This document shows positions 19,923-30,691 of a DNA stretch of 64,000 bases, in pieces. The translations under genes and the position numbers were made by a program. Position 1 is the stretch's first letter. Every line of letters begins with the position of its first letter. Location: positions 32,001 through 96,000 of the IMG/VR virus record IMGVR_UViG_3300029288_004137, one strand, 5' to 3'. The stretch comes from a virus (Duplodnaviria; Caudoviricetes). The notes beneath the pieces are model-generated. The model worked only from the letters and a program-made list of their open reading frames with translations, did not search any database and was not told the DNA's origin.

Positions 19923-20186
19923 TCACAAAGGACGCCTAAGATTATTGTCAGAAAAAGGGGTAGAGACTTTCATTGAGAAATCGAGTACAATAGATTCGGA
20001 TATAGGAAGATCTTTATCTTTACGAATACCCGTCAAATGTTGACAAAAAGAAGAATAGACTGTATTGATATAGAGTTTATTTACATCCTCGTCTTGATGA
20101 TCTTTAACGATACAAACTCTATTTATTAATCCACAAACAGGGCAAGTAACAAGATTAAGATCAAACATTTCGATATTTTTAAACAT
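19923..20186 (-). CDS. CPxC...CxH zinc-finger family protein
   Basis: CPVC...CQH. Confidence 0.6.
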   Translation of the reverse strand: MFKNIEMFDLNLVTCPVCGLINRVCIVKDHQDEDVNKLYINTVYSSFCQHLTGIRKDKDLPISESIVLDFSMKVSTPFSDNNLRRPL

Positions 20187-20676
20187 TGTTATTATTTTCC
20201 TTTTATTTAATTATTAAAAGTGAAACAATTTACTAAGGAACCATATAACTCCAAAAACTTCAAGGATACATTGAAAAACTTCAATACCTTTCATTTTATT
20301 TATTTGTGATCTTATTTCTTTTCTTCCTTTCATATATTCATCATAGCACAGATTGAATCAAGAGTCAAGTTCTTTTTTTGACAAAAGAGCAAAAAAGTGA
20401 TTATTGTAGATATATTTGTATCTGAAGGGAGAAGGTCTATTTATTTCTTTTTTATTCTTTTCTTCGATTAGATAATCATTAATATAGTGAATGATTGTCA
20501 TAATTGAAGAGAATAGAGCAATAATGAGAAGGAACAATGTTTCGATTGAATTGAACATTTTCTTTTCTTTCATAGGAGAAATACAAGAGACAATATAATC
20601 CAAAACAAGAAACATGCAAAGAGCATTAGAATGATATCTACAATCAAAGGATTCTTTTTAATTTCTTTCATATTCT

Positions 20677-20922
20677 TCAATCATCCTTTGTTTTGAACAA
20701 AGGGTTTTTTACAATAACAGGTTTTACATTATTTATGTTCAGAATGATTTTAAAAGAGAATGTTCCTATTTTATGTTCTGAACATGAAGTAGAAAAGTTT
20801 TCGAAATGTTTACAAGCATCAATTTTAAGTGGACGGCTCCGTCCATGATCTTCTTCATGGAATTCGGTTATTTCGTGACATATAGGACATTCTGCTACCC
20901 AAGCTAAGCATGTTCTTTCCAT
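20677..20922 (-). CDS. CPxC...CxHF family protein
   Basis: Paralog of 21273..21500. Confidence 0.7.
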   Translation of the reverse strand: MERTCLAWVAECPICHEITEFHEEDHGRSRPLKIDACKHFENFSTSCSEHKIGTFSFKIILNINNVKPVIVKNPLFKTKDD

Positions 20923-20970
20923 TTTATATATCCTTTTTCATCCATATTGTTTATATTGTTTATATATATC

Positions 20971-21258
20971 TTAATTCTTGTGTATAGAAAGATATGAACA
21001 ATAGGAGATACCACTATAATCAGTCCAGAATTCAAATTGATTTAATTCAATTTGATTTTCAAGGTAACAATATATTGCTTGGTTTTTTGCAAAGGGAATG
21101 AACATACCTCCGTTAAAAAAAGATAAGGAAGCAATATTATCTATTTCTATTTTTCCACTATCTACCTCATTATTATCTCTATCTACTGAGTCTATAGAAA
21201 TGATGGCTTTATTATTTTTATTATTTTCTTTATATTCTATTTTAAGATGAATTCCCAT
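20971..21258 (-). CDS. Hypothetical protein, paralog of 21869..22135
   Basis: Shared IEYKENNK and LNQF motifs. Confidence 0.65.
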   Translation of the reverse strand: MGIHLKIEYKENNKNNKAIISIDSVDRDNNEVDSGKIEIDNIASLSFFNGGMFIPFAKNQAIYCYLENQIELNQFEFWTDYSGISYCSYLSIHKN

Positions 21259-21272
21259 TATATTTCTTTCTC

Positions 21273-21500
21273 TTATATTGTTATTGTTTTAAAATAACCT
21301 TTTTTATTGATTTTTAAAATTATTTTAAAAGAGAATTCTCCCTTTTTTCTATCTAAAGAAGCGGTTTCAAAGTGTTCACAAACGGATATTTTTCGGGGGA
21401 CACTTTGACCATCATTTGTTTCAACTTCATGGAATTCGATTATTTTACCGCATATAGGACATTCTGTATCCCAACCAAAGCATACTGTATAATTTTCCAT
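21273..21500 (-). CDS. CPxC...CxHF family protein
   Basis: ECPICG..IEFHE..CEHFE. Confidence 0.7.
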   Translation of the reverse strand: MENYTVCFGWDTECPICGKIIEFHEVETNDGQSVPRKISVCEHFETASLDRKKGEFSFKIILKINKKGYFKTITI

Positions 21501-21576
21501 TTTCTTTTTCTTTCTTTTTCAATCGTTCATGCTTAAAGCATATCATAATTTGAGCATAAAGTCAAGAAAAAAATCA

Positions 21577-21867
21577 TCAAAGATCATCGAGGTCATTACG
21601 AAATATATTGAATACTCCGTGATAAGAAGAGAAATCCAAGGGCAATATAGAAAAAGTGAATTGATTCAATTCCTTTTTAGTAAAAAGGGTAAAAAGAATT
21701 ATTTGAAAAGGTACAAGATTGATTGAAGTATCCTTTGAATGATAACAAACGTGCATAAAATCAAATTTTTGTTTAATTTCAATTGATTCACAATTTACAG
21801 AAACGATAATTGTTTGTCTATCTTTATATTCTATTGAAAGATAGATAGGACTATTATTGTTATTCAT
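21577..21867 (-). CDS. Hypothetical protein, paralog of 24153..24452
   Basis: Shared SKDTSINLVPFQ...RNDLDDL. Confidence 0.7.
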   Translation of the reverse strand: MNNNNSPIYLSIEYKDRQTIIVSVNCESIEIKQKFDFMHVCYHSKDTSINLVPFQIILFTLFTKKELNQFTFSILPLDFSSYHGVFNIFRNDLDDL

Positions 21868-21868
21868 T

Positions 21869-22135
21869 TTATTTTCTATACCTTTTAATAAAAAGCATAA
21901 TAGATTGAAGAGTATCAAGCATGGCTGAGAATTGAAATTGATTTAATTGATCTTTATTATCAAGATCGATATATATTTTTTGTGTTTCTACAAGAGTAAT
22001 AAACGTATCTCCGTCACAAAAGACAAGGGCAGAAACATTGTTTATTTCTGTTTTTTCATCATTTATGAAAATGACAGCTTTGTTATTTTCTTTATATTCT
22101 ATTCTAAATTTAATTTGAAATATTCCCGTTTTCAT
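21869..22135 (-). CDS. Hypothetical protein
   Basis: Behind a repeated promoter. Confidence 0.65.
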   Translation of the reverse strand: MKTGIFQIKFRIEYKENNKAVIFINDEKTEINNVSALVFCDGDTFITLVETQKIYIDLDNKDQLNQFQFSAMLDTLQSIMLFIKRYRK

Positions 22136-22437
22136 TTTATTTTCTTTCTTTTAATCGTTCATGCTCTAAGCATAACACGCTTTGAGCATAAAGTCAAGAA
22201 AAAAGAATATATCGAATGGATAGACTTAGGATCTATCATCTCTTGACCTTATCGATCTAGATCAAGTGTTTTTACCCTTAAACTACATTCGATATAATAA
22301 CTGATAGATCACATTAGTTGTTTCTTTTTTCTCTTCTTCCATCATATCATAATCATGCTTTAAAGCATGATATGATTTAACTAATCGATCACATTAGTTG
22401 TTTCTTTTTCCTTCTTCATGCTCTAAGCATGATATGA

Positions 22438-22767
22438 TTATTTGGTTGGTTTGTCATTATTGGACATGGAAACGAAAATTTCTTTTGTCTCTATAAACCT
22501 TGAATTGAATTCATTTTTTTCTTTATCTATCACAATGCCCTTGAAATGATTACAAGTTTTGTCGCCTTCATGCCCCATGACATTGAAAACATGATTCATA
22601 TTTCCATTTAAATCAAGAAATCTTTTTACTCTGAGAAGAAGAACAATTTTCTTTTCACATACCGGACATTTGGCTACATACCTTTCAATCTCTATTTCAT
22701 CATGATAGTGATTTGGTATTTCATCGTCAAATTTAAAAAGCACTCTAGCATTCTTCTTGGTATCCAT
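22438..22767 (-). CDS. CPxC...CxHF family protein
   Basis: Near-duplicate of 22881..23159. Confidence 0.75.
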   Translation of the reverse strand: MDTKKNARVLFKFDDEIPNHYHDEIEIERYVAKCPVCEKKIVLLLRVKRFLDLNGNMNHVFNVMGHEGDKTCNHFKGIVIDKEKNEFNSRFIETKEIFVSMSNNDKPTK

Positions 22768-22880
22768 TTTATATTCCTTTTTTTATGTTTTCTCAATCGT
22801 TCATGCTCTAAGCATAACATAACATGATTATTTAGTTGGTTTGTCATTATTGGACATGGAAACGAAAATTTCTTTTGTCT

Positions 22881-23159
22881 CTATATAAACTTTGATTCGA
22901 ATCCGTTTCTTTCTTTATTTATCACAATGCTCTTGAAATGGTTACAAAACCTATTGCCTTCATGTCCTATGACATTGAAAACATTGTTTTCATTTCCATT
23001 TATATCAAGAAATCTTTTTGCTCTGAGAAGAAGAACAATTCTCTTTTCACATACCGGACATTTGTCTACATACCTTTCAATTTCCATTCCATCCTGATAG
23101 AAATTTGGTCTTTCATCGTCAAATTTAAAAAACACTTTAGCATTCTTCTTGGTATCCAT
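22881..23159 (-). CDS. CPxC...CxHF family protein (frameshift-truncated duplicate)
   Basis: Extra TA near 22881-22886 truncates the ETKEIFVSMSNNDKPTK tail, still present in the DNA. Confidence 0.7.
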   Translation of the reverse strand: MDTKKNAKVFFKFDDERPNFYQDGMEIERYVDKCPVCEKRIVLLLRAKRFLDINGNENNVFNVIGHEGNRFCNHFKSIVINKERNGFESKFI

Positions 23160-23226
23160 TTTATATATCTTTTTTTTGTTTTCTCAATCGTTCATGCTCA
23201 AAGCATAACACGATTTTTTTGGTTTG

Positions 23227-23559
23227 TCAAGGATTATTTTCAGTAAAAAAGTCAACTAAAAAAGTAACATTTTTCCAGAAATGCTCTGCTGATTCCATTG
23301 CTTTCTCAATGGCTTTTTTACCCACGGGATTCATTGAATGAACATTCCACTTAAACCGTAGAATTTTTCCATAAAAAGCACGATATTCAATTTCCTTCGC
23401 AAGATCATATCCTGTTTTTTCATTCATTCCAAGATCATGATCAAAAGAAATCTCAGATATATTGTTATTATCCATTAAATCAATTGCTTCTTTAACGGAT
23501 CTTGCAATTGTCCAAGAAGAATCAGGTGGGTTTCTTATATCATCAAGAAAAATTTTCAT
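23227..23559 (-). CDS. Cyclic-phosphate-processing receiver-like domain protein
   Basis: IFLDDIR, SFDHDLG, TGYD and VHSMNPVG motifs. Confidence 0.75.
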   Translation of the reverse strand: MKIFLDDIRNPPDSSWTIARSVKEAIDLMDNNNISEISFDHDLGMNEKTGYDLAKEIEYRAFYGKILRFKWNVHSMNPVGKKAIEKAMESAEHFWKNVTFLVDFFTENNP

Positions 23560-23637
23560 GTTTTTTTCAATCCGTTCATGTTTATGCTCTAAGCATAGCA
23601 TGATTTGAAGGCAATGTCAAGGAAAAAACGAATGGAA

Positions 23638-24015
23638 TTAAATTTCCCTGCAAGCGTATAAATCTGCCTTTTCAGAATAACACCCATTGCTTGTTCCATA
23701 CCATCGAATAGTAACAGATCCTTTTATGGTTCTGATATTATAAAAAGCCCACGTTTCACTTATATCGTCATTACCAAAATTTTCAGTGCAGTAAGCATCG
23801 AGAATCTCAGTGTTTTCAAGGTCCGAAAGATCTCCACATATATCTTCAATAGATACATCTTCACAACAATCTTGATCGTGATAAAGAATATATCCAGAAT
23901 TTGAATCTTTTAACTGAAAAACAATGGAGTTTATAAAATATTTATTTTTAAAAACCTTGGAAAAAGTTTTTCCTATCAATTCTTTAAACTCTACAGATTT
24001 ATTTTCAGCGTACAT
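23638..24015 (-). CDS. Conserved phage protein, paralog of 32491..32910
   Basis: HDQDCCEDVSIEDICGDL...IRWYGTSNG.YSE. Confidence 0.75.
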   Translation of the reverse strand: MYAENKSVEFKELIGKTFSKVFKNKYFINSIVFQLKDSNSGYILYHDQDCCEDVSIEDICGDLSDLENTEILDAYCTENFGNDDISETWAFYNIRTIKGSVTIRWYGTSNGCYSEKADLYACREI

Positions 24016-24152
24016 TTTTATATCTCCTTCAATTTTTAATAAGAGAAGCAATAAAGTTCTTGAAATTTAATTCTTCTTTTTTTCTCTCTTCAATCAATCG
24101 TTCATGCTCCAAGCATAACATGATTTGAAGGCAATGTCAAGAGAAAAGATCA

Positions 24153-24452
24153 TCAAAGATCATCTAGATCATTACGAATTATATTGAATACTCCATTCTG
24201 GAAATGGAATCTCAAGAAGGGCAACATACTAAAAGTAAATTGATTCAATTCCTTTTCACTGAAAAGGGTAAACCGGATTGTTTGAAAAGGTACGAGATTG
24301 ATCGAAGTATCCTTTGAACAATAGGAAACATACATAAACTCAAATTCTTGTTTTACTTCAATTGATTGTTCGTTTACGGAAACGATAACCGTTTGTTTGT
24401 CTTTAAATTGAATTTTGAGATCAATATACTTTATTTCAGTATTATTATTCAT
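24153..24452 (-). CDS. Hypothetical protein
   Basis: Paralog of 21577..21867. Confidence 0.7.
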   Translation of the reverse strand: MNNNTEIKYIDLKIQFKDKQTVIVSVNEQSIEVKQEFEFMYVSYCSKDTSINLVPFQTIRFTLFSEKELNQFTFSMLPFLRFHFQNGVFNIIRNDLDDL

Positions 24453-24561
24453 TTTATTTTATGTACCTTTTTTCATGTTCTTCTTTAATCGTTCATGCTC
24501 TAAGCATAGCACAATTCGAGTGCAATATCAAGGAAAAAGTGAATGATTTATATTTCCTTTT

Positions 24562-25698
24562 TTATTGTGCTTTGAAGTTAAAGACTGGTTTCATAATGAA
24601 TTCGATATCTACAGTATCTTTGATAGAATCAATTATTCTTTGAGAATCTTTATATGCCATAGGGCTTTCATCGAGTGTATCTTTTGATATACACTTTGAC
24701 CATACATTTTCCATTGTCTTTTTAAAGGTATCCAAAGACAATGTTTTTTTGGCTTTGGATCTTGCGAGGATTCTTCCTGCTCCATGAGGAGCTGAATAAT
24801 TCCATTCTATATTTTCTTTTCCTTTTCCAATAATAATCCCATCTCTCATATTCAATGGGATTATTAAGTTTTGTCCTTTATAAGCAGATATGGCACCTTT
24901 CCTGATAATTGCTATATCTTTTTGGAATTCGATATAATTGTGGATAGATTCTATTTTAGTTCTAATTCCTTTTTGATTAAAGAAATCAATTAAAATCTTT
25001 TCTGCAATCAGTGCTCTATTAAGTTTAGCATATGCTTGAGCAATGATCATATCATCGAAGTATGCTTGTGCTTCTTTTCCTGTTAAATACTCAAGATTTG
25101 AAACACAAGGATAATTTTTAATTTCTTTGGCAATTGCTTGATGGAAATTAGCAATTCTAAGTCCAAAGTTTCTTGATCCGGTATGGATTGTAAGCCACAA
25201 TCTATCTTGATCATCTTTATCTATTTCAATAAAATGATTTCCACCTCCAAGTGTCCCCAAAGAGCACAAAACATTTTCAATGTTTTGTTCGGTACGACAA
25301 GAAATCTTTTTGATATCAGAATCAAGATAAAAATCTAATACTTCTTTAGGATTAGAATGTTTATTGAATCCTGAAGGAACGTTTTCAATAAGAAAATTAT
25401 GAAAACGCTCAAAATCTATTTCTTTCTTATCATTAATTAAATAAGAAGATACACCGCAACCAATGTCAACCCCCACAATATTCGGGATTATAATTGGTTT
25501 GAGTATGTTAATTATTGAAGTAAACCCAATACAAGATCCACTTCCTGAATGACAATCAGGCATGATTGAAATCTTGCTATCCTTAAAAACAGGATGATTT
25601 ATAAATGTTGATATTTGTTTTGAAGTTTCTTCTTCAAGATCTGAATAATCTTCTAACATAACATCTGCATTTGTATATTTCCCTTCAATTTTTAACAT
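24562..25698 (-). CDS. rtcB: RtcB family RNA ligase
   Basis: MPDCH, VGVDIGCG, LGTLGGGNHF, HTGSR, HNY, SAPHGAGR, DESPMAYK. Confidence 0.95.
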   Translation of the reverse strand: MLKIEGKYTNADVMLEDYSDLEEETSKQISTFINHPVFKDSKISIMPDCHSGSGSCIGFTSIINILKPIIIPNIVGVDIGCGVSSYLINDKKEIDFERFHNFLIENVPSGFNKHSNPKEVLDFYLDSDIKKISCRTEQNIENVLCSLGTLGGGNHFIEIDKDDQDRLWLTIHTGSRNFGLRIANFHQAIAKEIKNYPCVSNLEYLTGKEAQAYFDDMIIAQAYAKLNRALIAEKILIDFFNQKGIRTKIESIHNYIEFQKDIAIIRKGAISAYKGQNLIIPLNMRDGIIIGKGKENIEWNYSAPHGAGRILARSKAKKTLSLDTFKKTMENVWSKCISKDTLDESPMAYKDSQRIIDSIKDTVDIEFIMKPVFNFKAQ

Positions 25699-25740
25699 TT
25701 TATATTTTTCTTTTTCCTTTGGATTATAATTGTTTTTTTC

Positions 25741-25931
25741 AAGTTAAAAATAGAATTCAAGGATAATCACATGTATTTATTAACGATTTTCATCTTTTTT
25801 CACACTCATATAAGATTTGAAAAAGTATCAACTTCAGAAAACAATTTTTTTAATTCTATATCAGAATAATAAGGAATAAAAATGTAAATCTTATATCTGC
25901 AAGGATTATCCTTGAATTCTATTTTTAACTT
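25741..25931 (-). ncRNA. Long-stem ncRNA carrying an ankyrin-gene-derived loop
   Basis: Perfect 28-bp terminal inverted repeat; inner 11-bp stem; homologous to 31597..31866. Confidence 0.7.
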
Positions 25932-25978
25932 TTCAAAGAACAAATAACAATATTATTGATTTGTTTCTTTTCAACGAA

Positions 25979-26344
25979 AAATTAATATTAACAAGAGGTT
26001 TTTACTAAGTATAAACAAGTTCAGTTAAAAAGACAGCTCGATCAAATCTTTAAGATTTGAACCTTTTAACAAGAGACTAATATTGTTTAAACGTCACTTG
26101 AAAAGAGAATGATAAATTTCCTCTTTCAAAGAAAAGAAATTGTTTTGTCTTTTAGGTAAATTATTTATACCATTATATTTTAAAACTTCCGGCTGTTAAA
26201 ACATATTATAACAAAGAGAGATTTATCAAAATATATTGAAAGTTATAAAATTGTATAAATCTTTAATAAAATATATCAATAAACAATTTGATTATATTTT
26301 CTACTCTTTGTTTTTTAGTAAAAACCTCTTGCTAATATTAACTT
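25979..26344 (-). ncRNA. Long-stem structured ncRNA (about 365 nt)
   Basis: 30-bp terminal stem with two G-U pairs on the - strand; internal hairpins. Confidence 0.65.
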
Positions 26345-26535
26345 CTCAAATAACAAATACAAGATTTTTCTTCTTCTTTTTCTTCTTCTTCTTCTATTTC
26401 GCTCATTAATTGATCAATTTCATATTCATTATCTGTAATTTCAGTAGTAAGACGTGAAATTTCTTCTTCAATTCTGGAATTTCTTGCTTCCAAAATCTCC
26501 AATTTTATTGTAAGCTTAATAATAGAATCTTTCAT
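26338..26535 (-). CDS. Acidic coiled-coil miniprotein
   Basis: Behind a repeated promoter and SD. Confidence 0.6.
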   Translation of the reverse strand: MKDSIIKLTIKLEILEARNSRIEEEISRLTTEITDNEYEIDQLMSEIEEEEEKEEEKSCICYLRS

Positions 26536-26628
26536 TTTATAAACCTTTCTTTTTTATGTTTTCTCAATCGTTCATGCTCTAAGCATAGCACACTTAAAAC
26601 ATGAAGTCAAGAGAAAAAGCACTATGCA

Positions 26629-26907
26629 TTATATTTTTTTATAGTCAAGAGAAAGGAAAAAATTAATTGGCAATGTGATTGTATTAAATGATATATTGAA
26701 AGTATTTTCCATATGCTCTATTATATTTTCCAGCATATCATTAACTGAAATTTCAGGAATATCAGCATTATTTATCCGATCTATATCTGGATAATCACCG
26801 CGAAAAATTTCACACAACTCTATTGATCCATCATTTACATTAGCTTTAATACAAATGGATATTCCATTAGTCATCTGAATAGTCGTTTTCATCGAAAAAA
26901 CTTGCAT
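26629..26907 (-). CDS. Hypothetical protein, paralog 1 of 3
   Basis: IELCE..GD..PDI...TLPI.FF. Confidence 0.7.
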   Translation of the reverse strand: MQVFSMKTTIQMTNGISICIKANVNDGSIELCEIFRGDYPDIDRINNADIPEISVNDMLENIIEHMENTFNISFNTITLPINFFLSLDYKKI

Positions 26908-26944
26908 TTGTTATTTTCCTTCTTTTATCTTTTTTTTTGTTGTG

Positions 26945-27262
26945 TTATGATGGATTTATTGATATATATTCATAATCCATTCGAGGTATAACATTAATAA
27001 GAAAAAAATCAATTGGCAATGTGATTGTTTCAATTGAAACATCGAAATTGAGTTTCATATGTTCTTTGATATTATTCAATAGATCATAAATTGTAAATCC
27101 AGTAAGATTAACATTGTTTAACCAATTGATATCTGGAGAAGCAAGATCACCATGAACAACTTCACACAATTCTATTGTGTTGTCCCTTGTATTAACTATA
27201 ACATTAATTTTAATTTCACTATTTACTCGAATAGTCATTTTTATTGAAGAAATTTGTTGCAT
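26945..27262 (-). CDS. Hypothetical protein, paralog 2 of 3
   Basis: Near-identical to 27325..27612. Confidence 0.7.
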   Translation of the reverse strand: MQQISSIKMTIRVNSEIKINVIVNTRDNTIELCEVVHGDLASPDINWLNNVNLTGFTIYDLLNNIKEHMKLNFDVSIETITLPIDFFLINVIPRMDYEYISINPS

Positions 27263-27324
27263 TTATTATTTCTCTTCTTTTTTTATCTTTTTTTTTCGTT
27301 GTGTTATGATGGATTTAATATATA

Positions 27325-27612
27325 TTATTCATGATCCATTCGAGGTACAACATTAACAATAAAAAAACCAATTGGCAATATGATTTTTTCAATTGAAACA
27401 TCGAAATTGAGTTTCATATGTTCTTTGATATTATTCAATAGATCATAAATTGTAATTCCAATATCAGCATTTAACCAACTGATATCTGGAGAACCAAGAT
27501 CACCACGAACAACTTCACACAATTCTATTGAATTGTCCCTTGCATTAGCTATAACATTAATTTCAATTTCACTATTTACTCGAATAGTCATTTTCATCGA
27601 AGAAACTTGCAT
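27325..27612 (-). CDS. Hypothetical protein, paralog 3 of 3
   Basis: Same family. Confidence 0.7.
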   Translation of the reverse strand: MQVSSMKMTIRVNSEIEINVIANARDNSIELCEVVRGDLGSPDISWLNADIGITIYDLLNNIKEHMKLNFDVSIEKIILPIGFFIVNVVPRMDHE

Positions 27613-28326
27613 TTGTTATTTTCCTTCTTTATCTTTTTAATTATTCTGGCATGATAGCTTTTAGAATTTGATCTGTCAAAACATCAATAACTTCTTCGCA
27701 TTTGTCTCTTTTATCGCTAAGAACACGAATTTTTTCTTTCATAGCAATTATTTCATTATCAAAGAGGAACATTTGTGTTTTATAAGATTTTACTCTAGTG
27801 AGCAATCCTAGAGATTGATCTTTTTCCTCTCGTGTAAGATCAATTTTCAAAACTTTCGACATGGATTCATCATTTTCTTGTATAAAATTTTCCATTTCTT
27901 TTTCCTTTGGTGGTGAATTTAATTAAAACAATTATCAGGATCAAAAGAATAACTTCTATCATATTCATTCGGCGAATGAATAATCAATACTGTTTCTTTA
28001 TGTCCAAAGATAAATTGATTTCTCATTTCCCATCTGAGAGAATTAAGATTGTTTTTATCTCTTACCTCAAAAGAGATCCCATTGATTTTATCAGATAAAT
28101 CAAATACTTGCATTGTCTTTTCATTTGGATCTTCTTCATTTGGAGAAGGAAAAACAAAATGAATAAAAAGACTTGAGATATCTTCGTCAATAGGAATAGA
28201 AACTTTTACCAAAGAATCACTATAATTATCCACACGGAAATGAATAATAAACAATTTATTCATTTCTTTTGCATAGGTAATTACGAATTGCGGTGAATCA
28301 ATCATTTCCATTTCTTTGTCCTATTG

Positions 28327-28620
28327 TCAATTCAAATTGTAATTCTTTTTCAAAAGAGTAGAAAGCAGGTTACAATTCGTTAGTTCTCTATCAGAGAAAC
28401 TCTTGATTTTACGAATACAATCCAAAGAATCATTGAAAAGTTTATTGCAAAGATAGGAATCAAAATTCTTATCTTTGGTTACATCATTTTTCTTCAGAAG
28501 AAAAAGAAGTCTATCTGACTCACGCTTAGCAGTGAAAAGATCAAAGCTCAATTTCTTGATTTTATTGAAAGAATCATCATACAACTTCTTGCAAAGGTAG
28601 GAATCAAAATTCTTTTTCAT
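28327..28620 (-). CDS. Hypothetical protein with internal duplication
   Basis: KNFDSYLC.KL..DS occurs twice. Confidence 0.6.
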   Translation of the reverse strand: MKKNFDSYLCKKLYDDSFNKIKKLSFDLFTAKRESDRLLFLLKKNDVTKDKNFDSYLCNKLFNDSLDCIRKIKSFSDRELTNCNLLSTLLKKNYNLN

Positions 28621-28911
28621 TTTATAGACCTTTTTTTTATGTTTTCTCAATCGTTCATGCTCTAAGCATAGCACGCTTTAAGCACAAAGTCAAGGAAAAA
28701 GTTTTGAATTTATTTCATCGCAATTATAATCTAAAAGATTTTCAATGCGATGATTTCTTTCTTTATACCCCCAGATTTTATTTGAAATTTCTTCCATTCT
28801 TTTTTCCAAAATAAAAATTTGTTCTCTATTTCGAATTTTTTCTTCAATAAGAAGTTCATTTTCATCTCTTATTTCTTCATAACTTCTTCTCATAATAAAA
28901 ACCCCTCTTTT

Positions 28912-29463
28912 TTAAAAAGAAAACAATACTGGATCTATCTTATCAGATAGTATCTCAAATAATTTCTTTGTTCTTTCGCAATCAGATGAAGCACAATGTG
29001 CTTCACCTTTGAATTGAATATTATACTTTTCACAAAGAAAATCTAGTTTTGTATTTGATTCTCCGCTATCCTTTGCCATTTCTTTTGTATCAAAGAAATA
29101 CGGAAAATTTATATTTAAATTATTTGATTTAAATAATTTATCAATAAATTCCAAATCAAATATCAGGTTTTGACCTACAAGAATATCTGATTCTTCAATC
29201 ATATCCTTAATTATATGAGATACGGATTCAAATGATTTAGCTGTTTTCTCCCATTCTTCTTTCGAATAATGATTCATTTCAAGAGCTTTCGGTGAGGCTG
29301 TTTCAATATGAGATGGAATGAATTTTACTTCAAATTTATCTAATTGATAAAGCTTTGCATTTTGTTCATTTGAAAGAACATAACGAATCATTGCCAATTG
29401 AATGATTTCATTGTCTTTTAGCACTAATCCAGTTGTTTCTGTATCAAGAAATGTAAGGATCAT
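28912..29463 (-). CDS. DEDDh 3'-5' exonuclease (DnaQ-like)
   Basis: FLDTETTG, GQNLIFD, AHCASSD. Confidence 0.88.
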   Translation of the reverse strand: MILTFLDTETTGLVLKDNEIIQLAMIRYVLSNEQNAKLYQLDKFEVKFIPSHIETASPKALEMNHYSKEEWEKTAKSFESVSHIIKDMIEESDILVGQNLIFDLEFIDKLFKSNNLNINFPYFFDTKEMAKDSGESNTKLDFLCEKYNIQFKGEAHCASSDCERTKKLFEILSDKIDPVLFSF

Positions 29464-29891
29464 TTTTATTTTTATTCCAAATGATAAGATGACTTTCAAG
29501 AGGAGAACTGATTTCCTCAGAAATTTTAATACTATCAAATATTTCTTTTGAAACATGAAGAGTAAAATATTGTCCTTTCTGCAAAGGAAGAGAAATTCTT
29601 ATTATAGCTAAATTATCTTCTCTTTCTTTTTCAATACAAATAGATACAAATTTATATGTTACTATTGGAGAACATGGTGAAAATTTAGCACAATGCTCAC
29701 TATTTACAATAATAAATATTTCATCCAAATTACAGTTTTCTTGTTTACATCTTTCAATAAAAATTTCATAATCTTCGTTATCATCAATTTTTTTTGAAAA
29801 TATGTCTTTCAAAAAAAATGATTCTTTGCGAGGATTAAAAGTACATTGAGTTAGCATTTTATTCATTCCAAATGATAATAACTAAAAATAG

Positions 29892-29964
29892 TACCCTTAC
29901 CAGGAATCGAACCTGGATTGTCAGATTAGAAGTCTGATACTCTTTCCAATTGAGATATAAGGGC
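29892..29964 (-). tRNA. tRNA-Arg(UCU)
   Basis: Arm TCAGA-CTTCTAA-TCTGA; T loop TTCGATT. Confidence 0.93.
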
Positions 29965-29968
29965 ACAA

Positions 29969-30051
29969 AATAAAGTTAAGATACGAAGTCCTAAAATGCC
30001 CTACAATTGATTTGTTTTAGGGTTTAGGTAAAAAAATATCTTAACTTTATT
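29969..30051 (-). ncRNA. Stem-loop element directly 5' of tRNA-Arg
   Basis: Perfect 15-bp inverted repeat AATAAAGTTAAGATA. Confidence 0.5.
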
Positions 30052-30107
30052 TCAACGCTTCCAATTTAAATTATGGAAGCGTAGCAGGCATTTATATTTA
30101 TACTATA

Positions 30108-30344
30108 TCAAAAAGATACCATTAACAATTCAATGACTGATTGAACATTGCTTGTTTGACAATCTTCGCAGAAATAATTTCTTGCATCAGTCTCTACTGA
30201 GTCTACAATAGAACCACAATTAGTACAAAATCCATCTGTTATACCATCAAATATCATACTTTGAATGGTATTATAAGAATATTCTGCTTCTTTTCCATTC
30301 TTTGCAATGAGAACCAAATTCCCATTAATACGATGAATAACCAT
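30108..30344 (-). CDS. Zinc-ribbon protein
   Basis: CTNCG...CEDC; SD AGGAAGG. Confidence 0.65.
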   Translation of the reverse strand: MVIHRINGNLVLIAKNGKEAEYSYNTIQSMIFDGITDGFCTNCGSIVDSVETDARNYFCEDCQTSNVQSVIELLMVSF

Positions 30345-30370
30345 TTTTATTTCCTTCCTTTTTCAATAAG

Positions 30371-30616
30371 AAAGTTAATATTAGGAAGAGATTTATATCA
30401 AGTATGAATATTAAAGATAAAGGTTTCTTTCTCTCTCAGCTCAAAGAACTTCGCTTTTCTTAAGAATATTTCATACCATCACAATACAAGACGACTAGTA
30501 TTTCCGTTATATTGTGTTCTAACGAAGAATAACATTATTCATATACTGAGATGATACATGATATAACGTATCTTTTCTTGGCTTTTTAATATAAATCTCT
30601 TCCTAATATTAACTTT
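30371..30616 (-). ncRNA. Long-stem structured ncRNA with its own promoter
   Basis: Perfect 28-bp terminal stem; TTGACA/TATGAT promoter at about 30627-30656. Confidence 0.7.
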
Positions 30617-30691
30617 TCATAGTTCAATCATACCATACTTTTTTTCAAATGTCAAGCTTTATTTTTATCAAGAAAATCACAATGTTAAAAA

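Noticed and set aside
23560-23601. MLCLEH... N-terminal extensions (also at 28674)
   Set aside because: They translate the repeated promoter; the true starts are downstream
25822-25878. Classical DGR template repeat for the ankyrin tails
   Set aside because: Differences from the gene copies are not confined to adenines, and no reverse transcriptase is visible in this window
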